Shown: piece by piece, positions 1-16,795 of the stretch
Layout: each line of letters starts with the position of its first letter
How positions within the stretch are numbered: position 1 is the stretch's first letter
Source: Eledone cirrhosa
Lineage: Eukaryota
Assembly (NCBI GenBank): GCA_964016885.1
Contig: OZ024760.1
Coordinates: 22,816,001-22,880,000 of the forward strand
Direction: 5' to 3'
Length of the DNA: 64,000 nt
The notes under the pieces: generated by a model
What the model was told of the DNA's origin: nothing
What the model saw: only the letters and a program-made list of their open reading frames with translations
Database searches by the model: none
Made by a program: the position numbers and the translations under genes

Positions 1-1165
1 TTGCTAACATACCTTTGCTCACAACTTCGTACTTACAGGCTTATACACAATCTTTTACTTACATATACACACACATATATCCTCTTCGCTTCGTACGGAC
101 GTATAACAACACACACGCACACAAGGAATAATGTTAAGAAAATGTAATGTTATTTTGTAAATATCTTCGGTCCCTATATTTCGGATATACTATCCTTTGT
201 CAAATGGAGGACAAAGGAAACTTTGAAAGTCCTTGAAGGCTTCACACTGCCTCCGAATGCAATCATTGATTTCGGGGTCCCGTTATGCCCACTATCCTAT
301 AAGTTCTATCGGCCAGTGTCCCTTTTTTGTGCATCAGCGATCATGTCCTTCCAAAATCAATTGTGTGGAAAAGGTAGGCTTATATGGATGAGTGACTGTT
401 GCTCTTCCATGAAAATATATGTATATACATGTATATTTATTATATGTACTATCTATATATTCATATACATAAATGAAGACATGTATATATATATATATAT
501 ATACATGAATATCTACATGAATATATGTTTATATATATATGGATATATGTTTATATACACATGAATATATGTTTATACATGAATATATGTTTTCCTAGAA
601 ACAAACATAGATATGTTTATATTACAAAAATCCTAACAGGAGAAACCACAAGAAAATACACACTTACATCCACACACATCCACACACATCCACACACCCA
701 CACACCCACACACACATCCCCACATACCCCCCCCCCACACATCCACACATCCACACACACACACAGGCGCATCCACACACACACATTCACCCACGAAATA
801 AAAATAACAGCTGCCATCACATATCAGACATTTAGCGTGCTGTTATAGAATGACGGAAAAGGAATCGGCGAGGCGAGAACAAAAATCACTGATTTTCGCT
901 GTTCGATACTACATATGCGTTGGATGTAATTTACTCGTAGCTAGCATGATAGTGAGATATTAACAGAGATGTTTAAATTATGTCGTTCTGTCTCTATGAT
1001 AATTGATATAGCCGAATATCAATGTATGTAGATACACCTACTTACACATAACACGTACATATGTATATGTATCTACCAGGTGGACTGTCATCCTTGATGT
1101 GACTAAAGAACAGGCGGATTGACAGTAAGTTGATAGAGAGAGGGTCCATAGAGAGAGATAGAGAG

Positions 1166-1204
<39 letters not shown>

Positions 1205-1243
1205 TACAGAGAGAAAGCCAGACAGCCAGGCAGAATATATATA

Positions 1244-1411
1244 TAACGAAGGAAATGTGGTAAGGAACCAAGTGGACCATAACGCACCAAAGTACTCAAT
1301 ACTTAGGGTATTAGAGTGGGTAATAGGAACCAGTAAGACCCCGACGGTTGAGCTCAAGCCGTTTAGCCATCGAAACGGCTTGAGCTCAGCCGTCGGGGTC
1401 TTACTGGTTCC

Positions 1412-1413
<2 letters not shown>
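1244..1413 (-). mobile_element. PLE-type 3'-end hairpin, family A
   Basis: Palindrome 1324-1413 (TAGGAACCAGTAAGACCCCGACGG...CCGTCGGGGTCTTACTGGTTCCTA) plus 80-nt tail 1244-1323, flanked by (TA)n; homologous to 10556, 11197, 36668 and 57498. PLE identity inferred from architecture. Confidence 0.75.
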
Positions 1414-1444
<31 letters not shown>

Positions 1445-1610
1445 CATACACACACATATATATATATTCATATATATATACGTATATATATATGAATATA
1501 TATATATGTGTGCGTATATATATATTTTTGTGTATTTATATATTTATGTATACGTGTATATATATATATATGTGTGTGTATGTGTGTGTGTGTGTATAGT
1601 TATATATACG

Positions 1611-1643
<33 letters not shown>

Positions 1644-1886
1644 GTATATGTATTTATTATTATTTATGTGTTTGTATATATATATATGTGTGTGCGTACA
1701 TATATATATATATATATACACGTGTACATAAATATATAAATACACACATAAATATATATACACACACACACATATATATATATATATTCATATATACGTA
1801 TATATAAATACACAGACACACACACACACATATATATATATACACATATTTATAGATACAGAGAGGCAGAGAGAGAGAACAAAAGC

Positions 1887-1944
<58 letters not shown>

Positions 1945-2264
1945 ACCTACATATATGTTTCAGCATTTATCTCTTTTGTTGATTTGATTGCTTGAATGAT
2001 TTCATTTATTTGATTGCTTGATTGCTTAGGGATCGTTTGTTCTGCTATGACAGAAACTACTGAAGCTTACAGCTCCCACATGCTTTCTCATCTCTCACTC
2101 AGCCCCTTTCTCTCTGTCTTTTTTAGTGGGGGTCTTTTATTTAATTCTATGATTGCTAAGCAAAAGGGGAAAATATGTGTTCATGCAGTCAACACGGGAG
2201 TCTCTTTCTAGTATGTATTTGGTCGTCACGCTAGACATAACATCGCCATTTCTCATTACTTGGA

Positions 2265-2636
2265 TATACAGCATGGCTCAATGGTTAAAAGGTTTACCTC
2301 GCAATCGTTATGTCCCGTGTTCAGTATTACTACGTATTATAGAACATGTTCCAATCGTTAAGAAGTTTGCTTCACAGTCGATATGTCCTGGGTTCGATAT
2401 TATTACGAGGTATACAACGTGTCCCAATCTTTAAGATGTTTGCTTCACAATTTTTTTGTCCCGGTTTCAAAATTATTACAAGTTATAAAACATAGACGTA
2501 TGTTTAAGAAGTTTGCTTCACAAGCATTTTGTCCCGGGTTCAAACTTATTACAAGGTATATAATATAGCCCTATGGTTAAGCAATTTGCATCACAATTGT
2601 TATGTCCTGGCTTCAAACATATTACGTGGCATACAG
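2265..2636 (+). repeat. 5 x 73-bp tandem array of tRNA-like SINE heads
   Basis: Units start at 2265, 2338, 2411, 2484 and 2557; A-box-like TGGCTCAATGG and B-box-like GGTTCGATAT/GGTTCAAAC; shared GTTTGCTTCACA...TGTCCCGGGTTC. Confidence 0.75.
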
Positions 2637-2649
2637 CGAGTAAAGGCGC

Positions 2650-2770
2650 ATGCATTAATGCTTAGAGAGTTGGGTTCGCAATCGTGAAGAAACGAGTTCA
2701 ATTCTCGGACAGGGTGGTGATGCGTTGCGTCCTTGAGCAAGACACTTTATTTCACATTGCTCATCCTGTC
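2650..2770 (+). mobile_element. Decayed tRNA-derived SINE (second family)
   Basis: B-box GAGTTCAATTC followed by GTCCTTGAGCAAGACACTTTATTTCACATTGCTC core. Confidence 0.55.
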
Positions 2771-2898
2771 ATCAGTTGCGACCAGTAGATAGTATCATCA
2801 ATGAAAAGACCAATGAAAACATTATATCCTTGGATATAAAGTAGTGGCCGTACTCAAAAACGAGTTGGCAGCCACCATATATATATATATATATATAT

Positions 2899-3085
2899 AA
2901 TTGTTTCTACTTTTGGCACAAGGCCAGCAATTACCCAGTGTATTACTGGTACTTTATTTTATCGACCCCATAAGGATGAAAGGCAAAGTTAACCTCGGCG
3001 GGATTTGAACTCAGAATGGCAAGGGCCGTAACTCTATGCGTCAAAGCATGGCGTCCGACCCTCTACCGATACTGCCAATCCACCG
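2899..3085 (-). mobile_element. tRNA-derived SINE (octopod-type), full length
   Basis: Reverse complement of the consensus GGCGGTGGATTGGCAGTATCGGTAGAG...CTGAGTTCAAATCCCGCCGAGGTTAACTTTGCCTTTCATCC...GTAGAAACAATTA seen about 17 times in the window. Confidence 0.9.
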
Positions 3086-3091
3086 ATATAT

Positions 3092-3417
3092 AATGAAAGA
3101 TTGAAGAATAACATGACCGGCTGTACAACAAGGGGGTTTATTTCAAGTATTAACAATTGTTTCATTGATCAGGTGAGTCTAGAGGCTTCTAATCGCTCGA
3201 AGTTGCGTCATTCGACCTCCTATACAATGTAATAAAAGCGCCTTGTTGTACACCCGACCATGTTATTCTTCAACTTTTCACTATTATTACTCCAAGTTTA
3301 CCCTGCATAGGAATTCTCACGAACTCGCCGCCTAACTATGGAAATCTCTTGTTGAGTCAAACAAAGCCGTACGTTAAAACTATCAACGACACGATGATCT
3401 TCCCAAAGTTTAACTAT
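3092..3417 (+). mobile_element. PLE-type 3' end with inverted arm, family F
   Basis: 3092-3145 is an imperfect inverted copy of 3230-3283; tail carries ACTC-CAAG...CTTG-TT-GAGT; ends in (TA)n. Confidence 0.6.
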
Positions 3418-3434
3418 ATATATACACATATATT

Positions 3435-3467
<33 letters not shown>

Positions 3468-4353
3468 GATATATGTATATATATAATATATATATATGTA
3501 TATATATAATATATATATATATATGTGTGTGTGTATATGTGTGTGTGTGTATGTCTGTGTGTGTGAATATATATGTGTATATATGTGTGTGTGTATGTCT
3601 GTGTGTGTGTGAATATATATGTGTATATATGCATATATATATATGTATAATATATATATTTATATATATATTTCCAGTCTCCATCTCAACAAGGAGGATG
3701 AAAAAAGTACTCACAACCTCTAACTGGATTACTCATAACGATAACTTGCTATCCCATATATATATATATATATATATATTGTTATACATTCCTTCCAACT
3801 CTTCATGCTGACATGAACGATATATGTCTTGTTGTTATAATTTAAGTATAGGACCCACACGAAGCAAGATGGTGCCGTGCGATGTTATTCGAAGACCAAA
3901 AATATAAAATTATGAAATCACAACCTGCATTACACAGTAGCCCAGATGTAAATGAACACAATGCCAAACCTAAACAGTAATAAAAACAACGACATCAGGA
4001 AACTGAACGAAGCAGGGCAACAGAAAATTTTTAATCATGTTATTAAATCTAACGAAATACCGCAGAAACATAAATGGAGATAAACTAACATAATATAAAT
4101 CAGGGGGTTTGTTTTTTATCTCTGAGTAATACGAATGGAAAATAAGAGAATATTAAAAGGTGTTATTGAATTCAACATGCAACCATGTCTTCACTGCGTT
4201 TTATAAAGGGAGATTATTGGGAATCAGATAAAAAGGGAGATTTCACTGTTCTATATGATTTATGGTTAGGTTTATAGATTACTAGCAGTGTGCTTTACAT
4301 TTGGCTTACAGTAAGAATATGATGTTAGTATAGATAGATATGTATGTATATAT

Positions 4354-4409
<56 letters not shown>

Positions 4410-4440
4410 AATATATATATATATATAATATATATATATT

Positions 4441-4520
<80 letters not shown>

Positions 4521-4717
4521 ATTATATATATATATATTTATATATAAATATATATATTTATATATATATTTATATATATATATATATATTTATATATAAA
4601 TATATATTTATATATATATATATATATATATAATGTGTGTGTGTTTGTTTGAGTATATATATATGCATATATGCGTGATTTTTTTTTTACAATTACAGAT
4701 AGTACAATTACAATATG

Positions 4718-4822
<105 letters not shown>

Positions 4823-4888
4823 TTCGTTTTTGAATTTGTTTTATCGGCAGTATGATCTTCCCAAAATATAACTATATATATACACATA

Positions 4889-4942
<54 letters not shown>

Positions 4943-5234
4943 TATATATATGTATATATATGATATATATATGTATATATATAATATATGTATATATATA
5001 ATATATATATGTATATATATGTGTGTGTGTGTATATATGTGTGTGTATGTCTGTGTGTGTGAATGTCTGTATGTGTGAATATATATGTGTATATATGTAT
5101 ATATATATATGTATAATATATATATTTATATATATATATTTCCAGTCTCCATCTCAACAAGGAGGATGAAAAAAAACTCAACACTTAGTTTTAAATCTTT
5201 AATTTTTAGTTTTTAATTCTTATTAAATCTTTTT

Positions 5235-5296
5235 AAGTGTAATACTGAAGATTTGATAAGATAAATGTTACTAAAACATCGAAACCGGTAATACTT
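5235..5296 (+). ncRNA. Non-canonical hammerhead-like motif
   Basis: CTGAA-GAT...ATC-GAAAC-CG-GTA; candidate stem I AAGTGT/ATACTT is offset by 4 nt. Confidence 0.4.
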
Positions 5297-5452
5297 TATA
5301 TACTTCATATAGATTATAAAACTCTGTTTAAACGAATTGTTCCTCTTATTTTTTCAATAATGTTACTCTGACGAATCAAAGAATGGAAAAAAAAAGAAAA
5401 AGAGACCCTTAAATATATTTTCCATGGTATTTCTACTGTCATCTACTCGCTC

Positions 5453-5527
<75 letters not shown>

Positions 5528-5539
5528 TTCTCTCTCTCC

Positions 5540-5604
<65 letters not shown>

Positions 5605-5712
5605 TATGTGCGTATGTATGTGTGTAATGTATATAATCTGAATGTATAGCACCGTGTGTGATATACAAGTATACACAATACCAGTAATGTTTAAGTATAT
5701 TGCAACACGGAT

Positions 5713-5787
<75 letters not shown>

Positions 5788-5914
5788 TACAATGTATATA
5801 TATATATATATATATTGTTATACTTTGGGAGGGTCATGTTGCCAATAATTCAGAAACGAAATATATATATATATATTTAGGGATAATGTATATATATATA
5901 TATATATATCTGTG

Positions 5915-5949
<35 letters not shown>

Positions 5950-6209
5950 GTATGTGTGTGTTTATATATATATATACATATATATATAAGTATGTATGCA
6001 TGTGTATATATATATATGTATGTATGTATATATATATTTATATACATAAGTGCATCTTTCTGTATATACATTGTCATGCATAATGATCCTTTTCGATGCA
6101 TCATGAATTTCTTATGAATATATTTCCCCTTTTTGTGAAATGTTACAATAAAAATATTTTAATAACTATACATACTGTCTATATATGTACCATTATATAT
6201 ATATATATG

Positions 6210-6278
<69 letters not shown>

Positions 6279-6298
6279 GTATGTATATATATATATCG

Positions 6299-6352
<54 letters not shown>

Positions 6353-6902
6353 CTATATGATTATATATATACTATATATATGCATATATATATATGCATA
6401 TATACTATATATATATATATATAGATATATATATACTATATATATATATATGCATAAATACTATATATATATATACTATATATATATATATATGTATATA
6501 TAATATATATATATACTATACACTATATATATATATGCATATATACTATATATATCTATATATATATATATATGCATATATACTATATATATATATGCAT
6601 ATATACTATATATATATATGCATATATACTATACATATATATATATATGCATATATACTATATATATATATATGTATATACTATATATATGTATATATAT
6701 TATATATATATATATGCATGTACATTATATATATATGCATATTTATATTATATATATATATATGCATATATATATATTATATATAAATGTATATATGCAT
6801 ATGTATATATATACATACATATATTCACATACACATATTTACATACATATATTTACATACATATATATATATATATACAAATATATATATATATACATAT
6901 AT

Positions 6903-6967
<65 letters not shown>

Positions 6968-7191
6968 TATATCGATTTCGTACGGGGTCGCTAATGTGTT
7001 TTAATGCATACACATCCACCTACCCGTATTTCACCGCCATTTTTTTCTTCTCTAAAAAATATATATATATTGAAACGAAAACCAATATCTAACAGAACAA
7101 AAAAAATGGCTGCTCTTTTTTTACTCGATGAACATAAATACACATATATTAGCCACCAGCTGCCATTATAAAGAATTTATTAAGTTATAGA

Positions 7192-7197
7192 GTAGTG

Positions 7198-7258
<61 letters not shown>

Positions 7259-7460
7259 TAGTTCTAGTAGTAGTAGTAGCAGTAGTAGTAGTGGTCGTAG
7301 CAGCAGTAGTAGAAGTGGTAGTAGTAGTAGTAGCAGTAGTATAGCAGTAGTGGTAGTATTAGTGGTAATAGCAGCAGCAGTGGTAGTATTAGTGGTAGTA
7401 GCAGCAGCAGCAGTAGTAGTAGTAGTAGCAGCAATAGTAGTAGCAGTAATAGTAGTAGTA
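7192..7460 (+). repeat. (TAG/TGG/CAG)n trinucleotide tract
   Basis: Direct reading. Confidence 0.95.
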
Positions 7461-7621
7461 TTGATGTGGCCTGATCTCTTTTTTGTCGGTTTTTCTGTCT
7501 GTTTTTTTCACTTTCCTGTGATTTTTATAGTAGTAAGATTTACATTACTGACATAGAAATATTTGCCACCAGGCGGCCGATCTAATGCGTCCATTATATT
7601 TGACGGTGTATATTTATGTAC

Positions 7622-7683
<62 letters not shown>

Positions 7684-7850
7684 GTATATACATGTAGATA
7701 TGTGTGTTTGTGTATGTATATATATATACGTAGGTATATATATACGTATGTATATCTATATCTATATCTATATATATATATGTATATATATATGTATGTA
7801 TATGTATATATTTATGGATGTGTATCTATATATATGTATATATATATAAT

Positions 7851-7897
<47 letters not shown>

Positions 7898-8005
7898 CCA
7901 CACATATTATTGTTGTCATTATCGTTGTTTTCACCGTTGAGGTAGAAATTCTTCTAATTAAGAGAATTATTTATAACCGTTATATACATACATACATATA
8001 TATAG

Positions 8006-8043
<38 letters not shown>

Positions 8044-8091
8044 TTGCAAACACAGACACTTATATGCGTAGATACAAACACAGAGACACAC

Positions 8092-8128
<37 letters not shown>

Positions 8129-8271
8129 TATATATATGTTTATATATATATATATATATGTTTATATATATGTTTATATATATATATATGTTTATATATA
8201 TGTTTATATATATGTTTATATATATATATATATATATATATGTTTATATATATATATATATATATATATGT

Positions 8272-8303
<32 letters not shown>

Positions 8304-8387
8304 TTATATATATGTTTATATATATATATATATATATATATGTTTATATATATGTTTAGATATATATATATATATGTTTATATATAT

Positions 8388-8481
<94 letters not shown>

Positions 8482-8639
8482 GCACTTAAAGATATGCAGT
8501 CATGTATTGTATTACGTATGGCTGCTTTCTATTCTTTAGAAAATCATGTTCGATGTTAATGGATCAAAGTCCCATGTGATATTATTCAATTTTATACGTG
8601 TCTCTATATATCTTACTTTTCCTCTGTTGCTGTATTTAT

Positions 8640-9917
8640 ATGTGTGTATATGTGTATATGTGTGTGTATATGTCTATAGCTCTGTATATATAAATTTGCT
8701 TGTGTAATATATGTGTATATGTGTTTAGCTGTGTATATATAAACATGGTTGTGTAAAATATGTTTATATATGTGTAGATGTGTGTATATAGACATGCTTG
8801 TGTAATATACGTGTAGATGTGTTTAGATGTGTATAACTATGTATATATGAACTTGCTTGTGTAATATATATATATATATGTGTAGATGTGTATATATAGA
8901 CATGCTTGTGTAATATACGTGTAAATGTGTTTAGATGTGTATAACTATGTATATATGAACTTGCTTGTGTTATATATGTATATATATATGTGTAGATGTG
9001 TATATATAGACATGGTTGTGTAATATACGTGTAAATGTGTTTAGATGTGTATAACTATGTATATATGAACTTGCTTGTGTAATATATGTATACATATGTG
9101 TAGATGTGTATATATAGACATGCTTGTGTAATATACGTGTAGATGTGTTTAGATGTGTATAACTATGTATATATGAACTTGCTTGTGTAATATATGTATA
9201 TATATGTGTAGATGTGTATATATAGACATGCTTGTGTAATATACGTGTAGATGTGTTTAGATGTGTATAACTATGTATATATGAACTTGCTTGTGTAATA
9301 TATGTATATATATGTGTAGATGTGTATATATAGACATGCTTGTGTAATATACCTGTAGATGTGTTTAGATGTGTATAACTATGTATATATGAACTTGCTT
9401 GTGTAATATATGTATATATATATGTGTAGATGTGTATATATAGACATGCTTGTGTAATATACCTGTAGATGTGTTTAGATGTGTATAACTATGTATATAT
9501 GAACTTGCTTGTGTAATATATGTATACATATGTGTAGATGTGTATATATAGACATGCTTGTGTAATATACGTGTAGATGTGTTTAGATGTGTATAACTAT
9601 GTATATATGAACTTGCTTGTTTAATATATGTATATATATGTGTAGATGTGTATATATAGACATGCTTGTGTAATATACCTGTAGATGTGTTTAGATGTGT
9701 ATAACTATGTATATATGAACTTGCTTGTGTAATATATGTATACATATGTGTAGATGTGTATATATAGACATGCTTGTGTAATATACGTGTAGATGTGTTT
9801 AGATGTGTATAACTATGTATATATAAACTTGCTTGTGTAATATATGTGTATATATGTGTAGATGCATATATATATAAACATGCTTGTGTAATATATGTGT
9901 ATATATGTAGACATGCC
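8640..9917 (+). repeat. ~108-bp minisatellite, ~11 copies
   Basis: GACATGCTTGTGTAATATAC recurs at 9117, 9225, 9333 etc.; each unit has two related halves. Confidence 0.95.
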
Positions 9918-10115
9918 TTTATAGTTTCTCGTTCGCTAGCTTGGAGAACAGGCTTCAAATATATATCAATGCTATTTTCCTGCCATTCCGTTCACTGGTG
10001 ATGGAATTCCATGACAATACTCTTATATCTCATTGTTTACATGTCTTGCAACGATGTACTTATTGGTCTTTCAGTTATTTGTACGGATAGTAGCATAACA
10101 CTACATGTGTATGTA

Positions 10116-10547
<432 letters not shown>

Positions 10548-10555
10548 TATATATA

Positions 10556-10683
10556 TAGGAAAATGTTTTACCCCGGCGGCAGAGATCGAGCCGTTTCGAC
10601 GGCTATTTCTGGATTCTACCATAAGTATTGAGTACTCTGGTGCGTTATGGTCAATTTGGTTCCTTACCACACTCCCTTCGTTA
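10556..10683 (+). mobile_element. PLE-type 3' end, family A (diverged)
   Basis: Inverted arm from TAGGAA to TTTCGACGGCTA joined to tail AAGTATTGAGTACTCTGGTGCGTTATGG...CCTTCGTTA. Confidence 0.7.
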
Positions 10684-10704
10684 TATATTTACACACACAT
10701 ATAT

Positions 10705-10786
<82 letters not shown>

Positions 10787-10788
<2 letters not shown>

Positions 10789-10935
10789 TTATTAAAATAA
10801 CAGATTAAAGTTTAAGCAAAGAATCTGTTATTTTAATAAATATTTAATATATAATACGGTTCTTATATATCTGATATATATTTTTCATTATCGAGCCCTC
10901 TTTGGATTTTGGTCTTCAAATTTATTATTATTACT
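10787..10935 (+). mobile_element. PLE-type 3'-end hairpin, family B (short)
   Basis: TTTATTAAAATAACAGATT/AATCTGTTATTTTAATAAA hairpin plus tail shared with 21954 and 55100. Confidence 0.7.
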
Positions 10936-10941
10936 ATATAT

Positions 10942-11115
10942 AGTATTGGTAGAGTGTCGGATGCCAGGCTTTGGCGCATCGAGTTACGGCCCTTGCCATT
11001 CTGAGTTCAAATCCCGCCGAGGTTAACTTTGCCTTTCATCCTTCCGGGGTCGATAAAATAAAGTACCAGTAATGCACTGGGTAATTGCTGGCCTTGTGCC
11101 TAAAGTAGAGACAAT

Positions 11116-11117
<2 letters not shown>
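10942..11117 (+). mobile_element. tRNA-derived SINE
   Basis: Matches the window SINE consensus. Confidence 0.9.
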
Positions 11118-11189
<72 letters not shown>

Positions 11190-11196
11190 ATGTATA

Positions 11197-11394
11197 TAGG
11201 AAAAGAGTCAGGACACCGACGGCTGAGCTCCGGCCGTTTCGACAGCTAGATCCGGACGTTCAGATCTAGCTGTCGAAACAGCCGGAGCTCAGCCGTCGGG
11301 GTCCTGAATATGTTCCTATTTCCCACTCTACTATTCTAAGTATCGAGTACTCTGGTGTCGTATGGTCCATCTGGTATCTTACCACATCTTCTTA
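11197..11394 (+). mobile_element. PLE-type 3'-end hairpin, family A subfamily
   Basis: Palindrome 11197-11318 centred on GACAGCTAGATC...GATCTAGCTGTC-GAAAC, plus ~76-nt tail. Confidence 0.75.
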
Positions 11395-11446
11395 TATATA
11401 TAAATACATACATACACACATACACACACACACATATATATATATA

Positions 11447-11715
11447 TCAACTTTTTCAAATACAAGTCGATGTTGAACGGTATGTCAAATCTATTTATCT
11501 ATAAAACTGTCTATATTGTATTTTGTCTGAAGAAGGCATAACATATTGTTAATATGATATCCCTGAAATATATATAATGAAATAAATATGGTTTTATAAA
11601 TATAGTTTCCATTTATTTAATATCGTAAATATACTCCAAATACTTGTTGAGTGCTTTTATATCAGTTATAAATATTTACTAGTTGTAACCCAACAATTTA
11701 AATATAACGTTCCAT
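11447..11715 (+). mobile_element. PLE-type 3' end, family C
   Basis: Hammerhead followed by a 3' region highly similar to 56795-56945; bounded by (TA)n. Confidence 0.75.
11521..11582 (+). ncRNA. Minimal type-I hammerhead ribozyme
   Basis: Stem I TTTTGT/ATGAAA, CTGAAGA, stem II AGGCATAACATATT/AATATGATATCCCT, GAAA-T-ATAT-A-TA. Confidence 0.8.
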
Positions 11716-11734
11716 ATATATATATATATATATA

Positions 11735-12095
11735 TGTTTGTATGTTTGTATGTACGTATATCTATATAGATATGCGTATATGTATTTGTATGTACTTATA
11801 TCTATATAGATATGCGTATATGTGTTTGTATGTATGTATATCTTTATAGATATACGTATGTGTTTGTATGTACTTATATCTATATAGATATGCGTATATG
11901 TGTTTGTATGTATATCTTTATAGATATACGTATCTGTTTGTATGTATATATATCTTTATAGATATACGTATGTGTTTGTATGCATGTATATCTTTATAGA
12001 TATACGTATGTGTTTGTATGCATGCATATCTTTATAAATATACGTATGTGTTTGTATGCATGTATATCTTTATAGATATACGTATGTGTTTGTAT
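11735..12095 (+). repeat. ~36-bp minisatellite with internal palindrome
   Basis: Unit GTATATCTTTATAGATATACGTATGTGTTTGTATG, ~10 copies. Confidence 0.9.
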
Positions 12096-12168
12096 GTATG
12101 TATAAGTATATATATATTTATGTATTGATATATGTGTATATATATATATATATATATTTATGTATTGA

Positions 12169-12242
<74 letters not shown>

Positions 12243-12364
12243 AGTGTGTGTGTCGTTTATACCTAACATTGGTTTTACTTACAACATCCAGTAAGAGCCA
12301 CATTGATTTAACTAAATCCATGCTATTAAGTAATATAGATTGATTTTCTTGATATGAATCTGTT

Positions 12365-13345
12365 TGTGTCGGTAGAGTATCGGAATATGGTTTTAGGTTA
12401 TTTAGAATGTCGCACATGATTTTGGGTTTATTAAAACTACTGGACAAGATTTCGGGGGATATTTAAACCCTCGGGCTATGTTTTGCTGTTATATATATTG
12501 TTAGACAAGGTTTTGGTGTTATTACGACTACTGGGCATGGTTCGGGGGTGATTTAAACACTCTGACAAGATTTTGGGGGTAATTTAGACCGTCTGACAAG
12601 GTTTGGAGTTTATATAGACTGTTGGACAAGGTTTCGGGTTAATTTAGACTGTTTGACAAGGTTTTGGTGTTATATAGACTGTCGGAGAAGGGTTTGGTGT
12701 TATATATACTGTTAGACTAGGTTTTGGGATAATTTAGATTATCGGACAAGGTTTGGGGTTATTTAGACTGTTGGACAAGGGTTTGGGCTAATATAGACTG
12801 TCTGACATGGTGTCGGGTTTATATAGACTGTCTGGAAAGTGTTTGGTATTATATATACTCTCTGACAAGGTTTGGTGTTATATAGACTGTCTGACAAGGT
12901 TTGGTGTTATATAGACTGTCGGACAAGGTTTGGTGTTATATAGAGTGTCGGACAAGGTTTGGTGTAATATGGACTGACAAGGGTTTGGGGTTGTTTAGAC
13001 TGTCTGACAAGGTTTTGGGGGTAATTTAGACTGTCATACACGGTTTTGGGGTTATATGGATTGTTGGACAATGTTTTAGGATTATTTAGAGAGTCCGACA
13101 AAGGTTTGATGATTATTTAGACTGTCGGGCAAGGTTTTGGTTATTTAGAATGGCGAACAAGTTTTGGGTGTTATTAAAACTGTCTGGCAAGGTTTGGGGG
13201 TTATTTAGATTGACTGACGGTGTTGGGGTTAAATAGACTGAATGACCAAGTCTTTTTGGTTATTTAGACTGTGGGAGAAGGTTTGGGGCTAATTAGAATG
13301 TCGGACATGGTGCTGGGTTATTTAGAGTCTCTGACAAATTATTTT
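12365..13345 (+). repeat. ~31-bp minisatellite expanded inside a SINE head
   Basis: Unit TTATTTAGACTGTCGGACAAGGTTTTGGGG, ~30 copies; continues into the SINE body at 13360-13485. Confidence 0.85.
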
Positions 13346-13731
13346 GGGTTATTTCCAACTATCTCAGTTCAAAACGCATCGAGATTAACATTGCCTTTGA
13401 TAGAATAAAGTACCAATTTAGTACTGGGGTCGTGTAATCGACTTTTCTCTTCTCCTACATTGCTGGTCTCGGGCCAACTTTAGGCATCTCAAATATTGAA
13501 GTCCTTCTTGTTTCAGTGGCTGCACATGTTTTTATTATTGATGTAACTACTATTGTTGTGGTTCTTTTTCAATACGGTTGTTGTTTTGCACTTGTTGTTG
13601 CTTAATTTGACATAATTGTTGATGTTGAGTTTTTGATGTAGTTGTTGTTGTTGTTGTTGTTGTTGATGTGTTTAATATATTCTATCTCTTATTGTTTTTA
13701 ATACATGCTTCTTGTTATCATTATTTCTAAT

Positions 13732-14129
13732 CGGTAGGCAGTCGGACAACATGCTTTGTAGCATAGAGTTACGGCCCTTTATGATCTGAGTTCAAATCCC
13801 GCCGAGGTTAACTTTACCTTTCATCCTTACGGGATCGATAAAATAAAGTACCAGTCACGCACTAGGGTCGATTTAATCGACTTTCCCCTCTCCCCAAATT
13901 TGCTGGCCTTGTGTCTATATAAGAAACCATTATTTCTATGGCGGTGGCTTGGCACTATCGGTAGAGGGTCGGACGCCATGTTTTCCAGCATAGTTATGTC
14001 CCTTTACGATCTGAGTTCAAATCCCGCCGAGGTTGACTTTGACTTTCATCCTTTCGGGGTCGATAAAATAAAGTACCAGTAATGTACAGGGTGATTGCTG
14101 GCCTTGTGCCTAAAGTAGAAACAATTATT
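13732..14129 (+). mobile_element. Two tandem SINE copies (long then short subfamily)
   Basis: 13732-13933 has the extra CGATTTAATCGACTTTCCCCTCTCCCC segment; 13940-14129 lacks it. Confidence 0.9.
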
Positions 14130-14152
14130 TCTGTTTCAATATATATGTGCAT

Positions 14153-14188
<36 letters not shown>

Positions 14189-14373
14189 TATATACACACA
14201 CACAATCACACACACGCATATATATATATATATATATATTTATATATGTATATATGTATGTATATTTATGTTTATATATATATATATATATATATATTTG
14301 TATATATATATATATGTCTGTGTGTATTATTTGTTTGTATATGTATTTATAATTATGTATATATATTTATGCT

Positions 14374-14421
<48 letters not shown>

Positions 14422-14762
14422 CCAAATACACACATATGTATATGTATATACGGAGACGTATGTATCTGTATATATATGTATATATATATATATATATATA
14501 TAATTGCATAGTTTTTCCTGTTTTATGGTTACAATCTTTTTTCTCAAGTCTGTTCTGTTTTAATTCTTTTATTCTTGTGTACAGTTGCTTGAAGTTCTGG
14601 CAATAATGGAGAATTATGAAAGTCTTTTAATATTCATGATATTGTTGATGTTTATCATATTGATTTTTAGCCTCGATCTGGTTTGGTAATTGTTTTAAAA
14701 AGAAACATACTTAATTGATTATATATATTCATATTCATGGTTGAAATTGCTGCTGCTGCTGC

Positions 14763-14818
<56 letters not shown>

Positions 14819-14883
14819 CTGTTGTTGTTTAAATGTTATGTTATAGTATACATACACTTAACATCCGCTGAAGAGTGCATACA

Positions 14884-16490
<1,607 letters not shown>

Positions 16491-16601
16491 TATAACACCG
16501 ATTTGTTAACTAACTGTCTGTAGTGAAATACTTAACTATCTTTATGTCTGCCTCTGTCTGGTCAACAACTTCTCTCTATTCGCTCCTGATTATACATATA
16601 A

Positions 16602-16795
16602 GGCGGTGGCTTGCCAGTATCGGTAGAGGGTCGGACGCCATGCTTTCCAGCATAGAGTAACGGCCCTTGCCATTCTGAGTTCAAATCCCGCCGAGGTTAA
16701 CTTTGCCTTTCATCCTTACAGGGGTCGATAAAATAAAGTACCAGTAATACACTGGAGTAATTGCTGGCCCCTTGTGCCAAACGTAGAAACAATTA
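16602..16795 (+). mobile_element. tRNA-derived SINE, full length
   Basis: Matches consensus. Confidence 0.9.

Noticed and set aside
306-410. Possible RTE C-terminus (WKDMIADAQKRDTGR*) on the minus strand
   Set aside because: Too short to support.
9915-10095. Possible decayed PLE end with hammerhead remnant on the minus strand
   Set aside because: Core TTGAAGC and the coding remnant are too degenerate.
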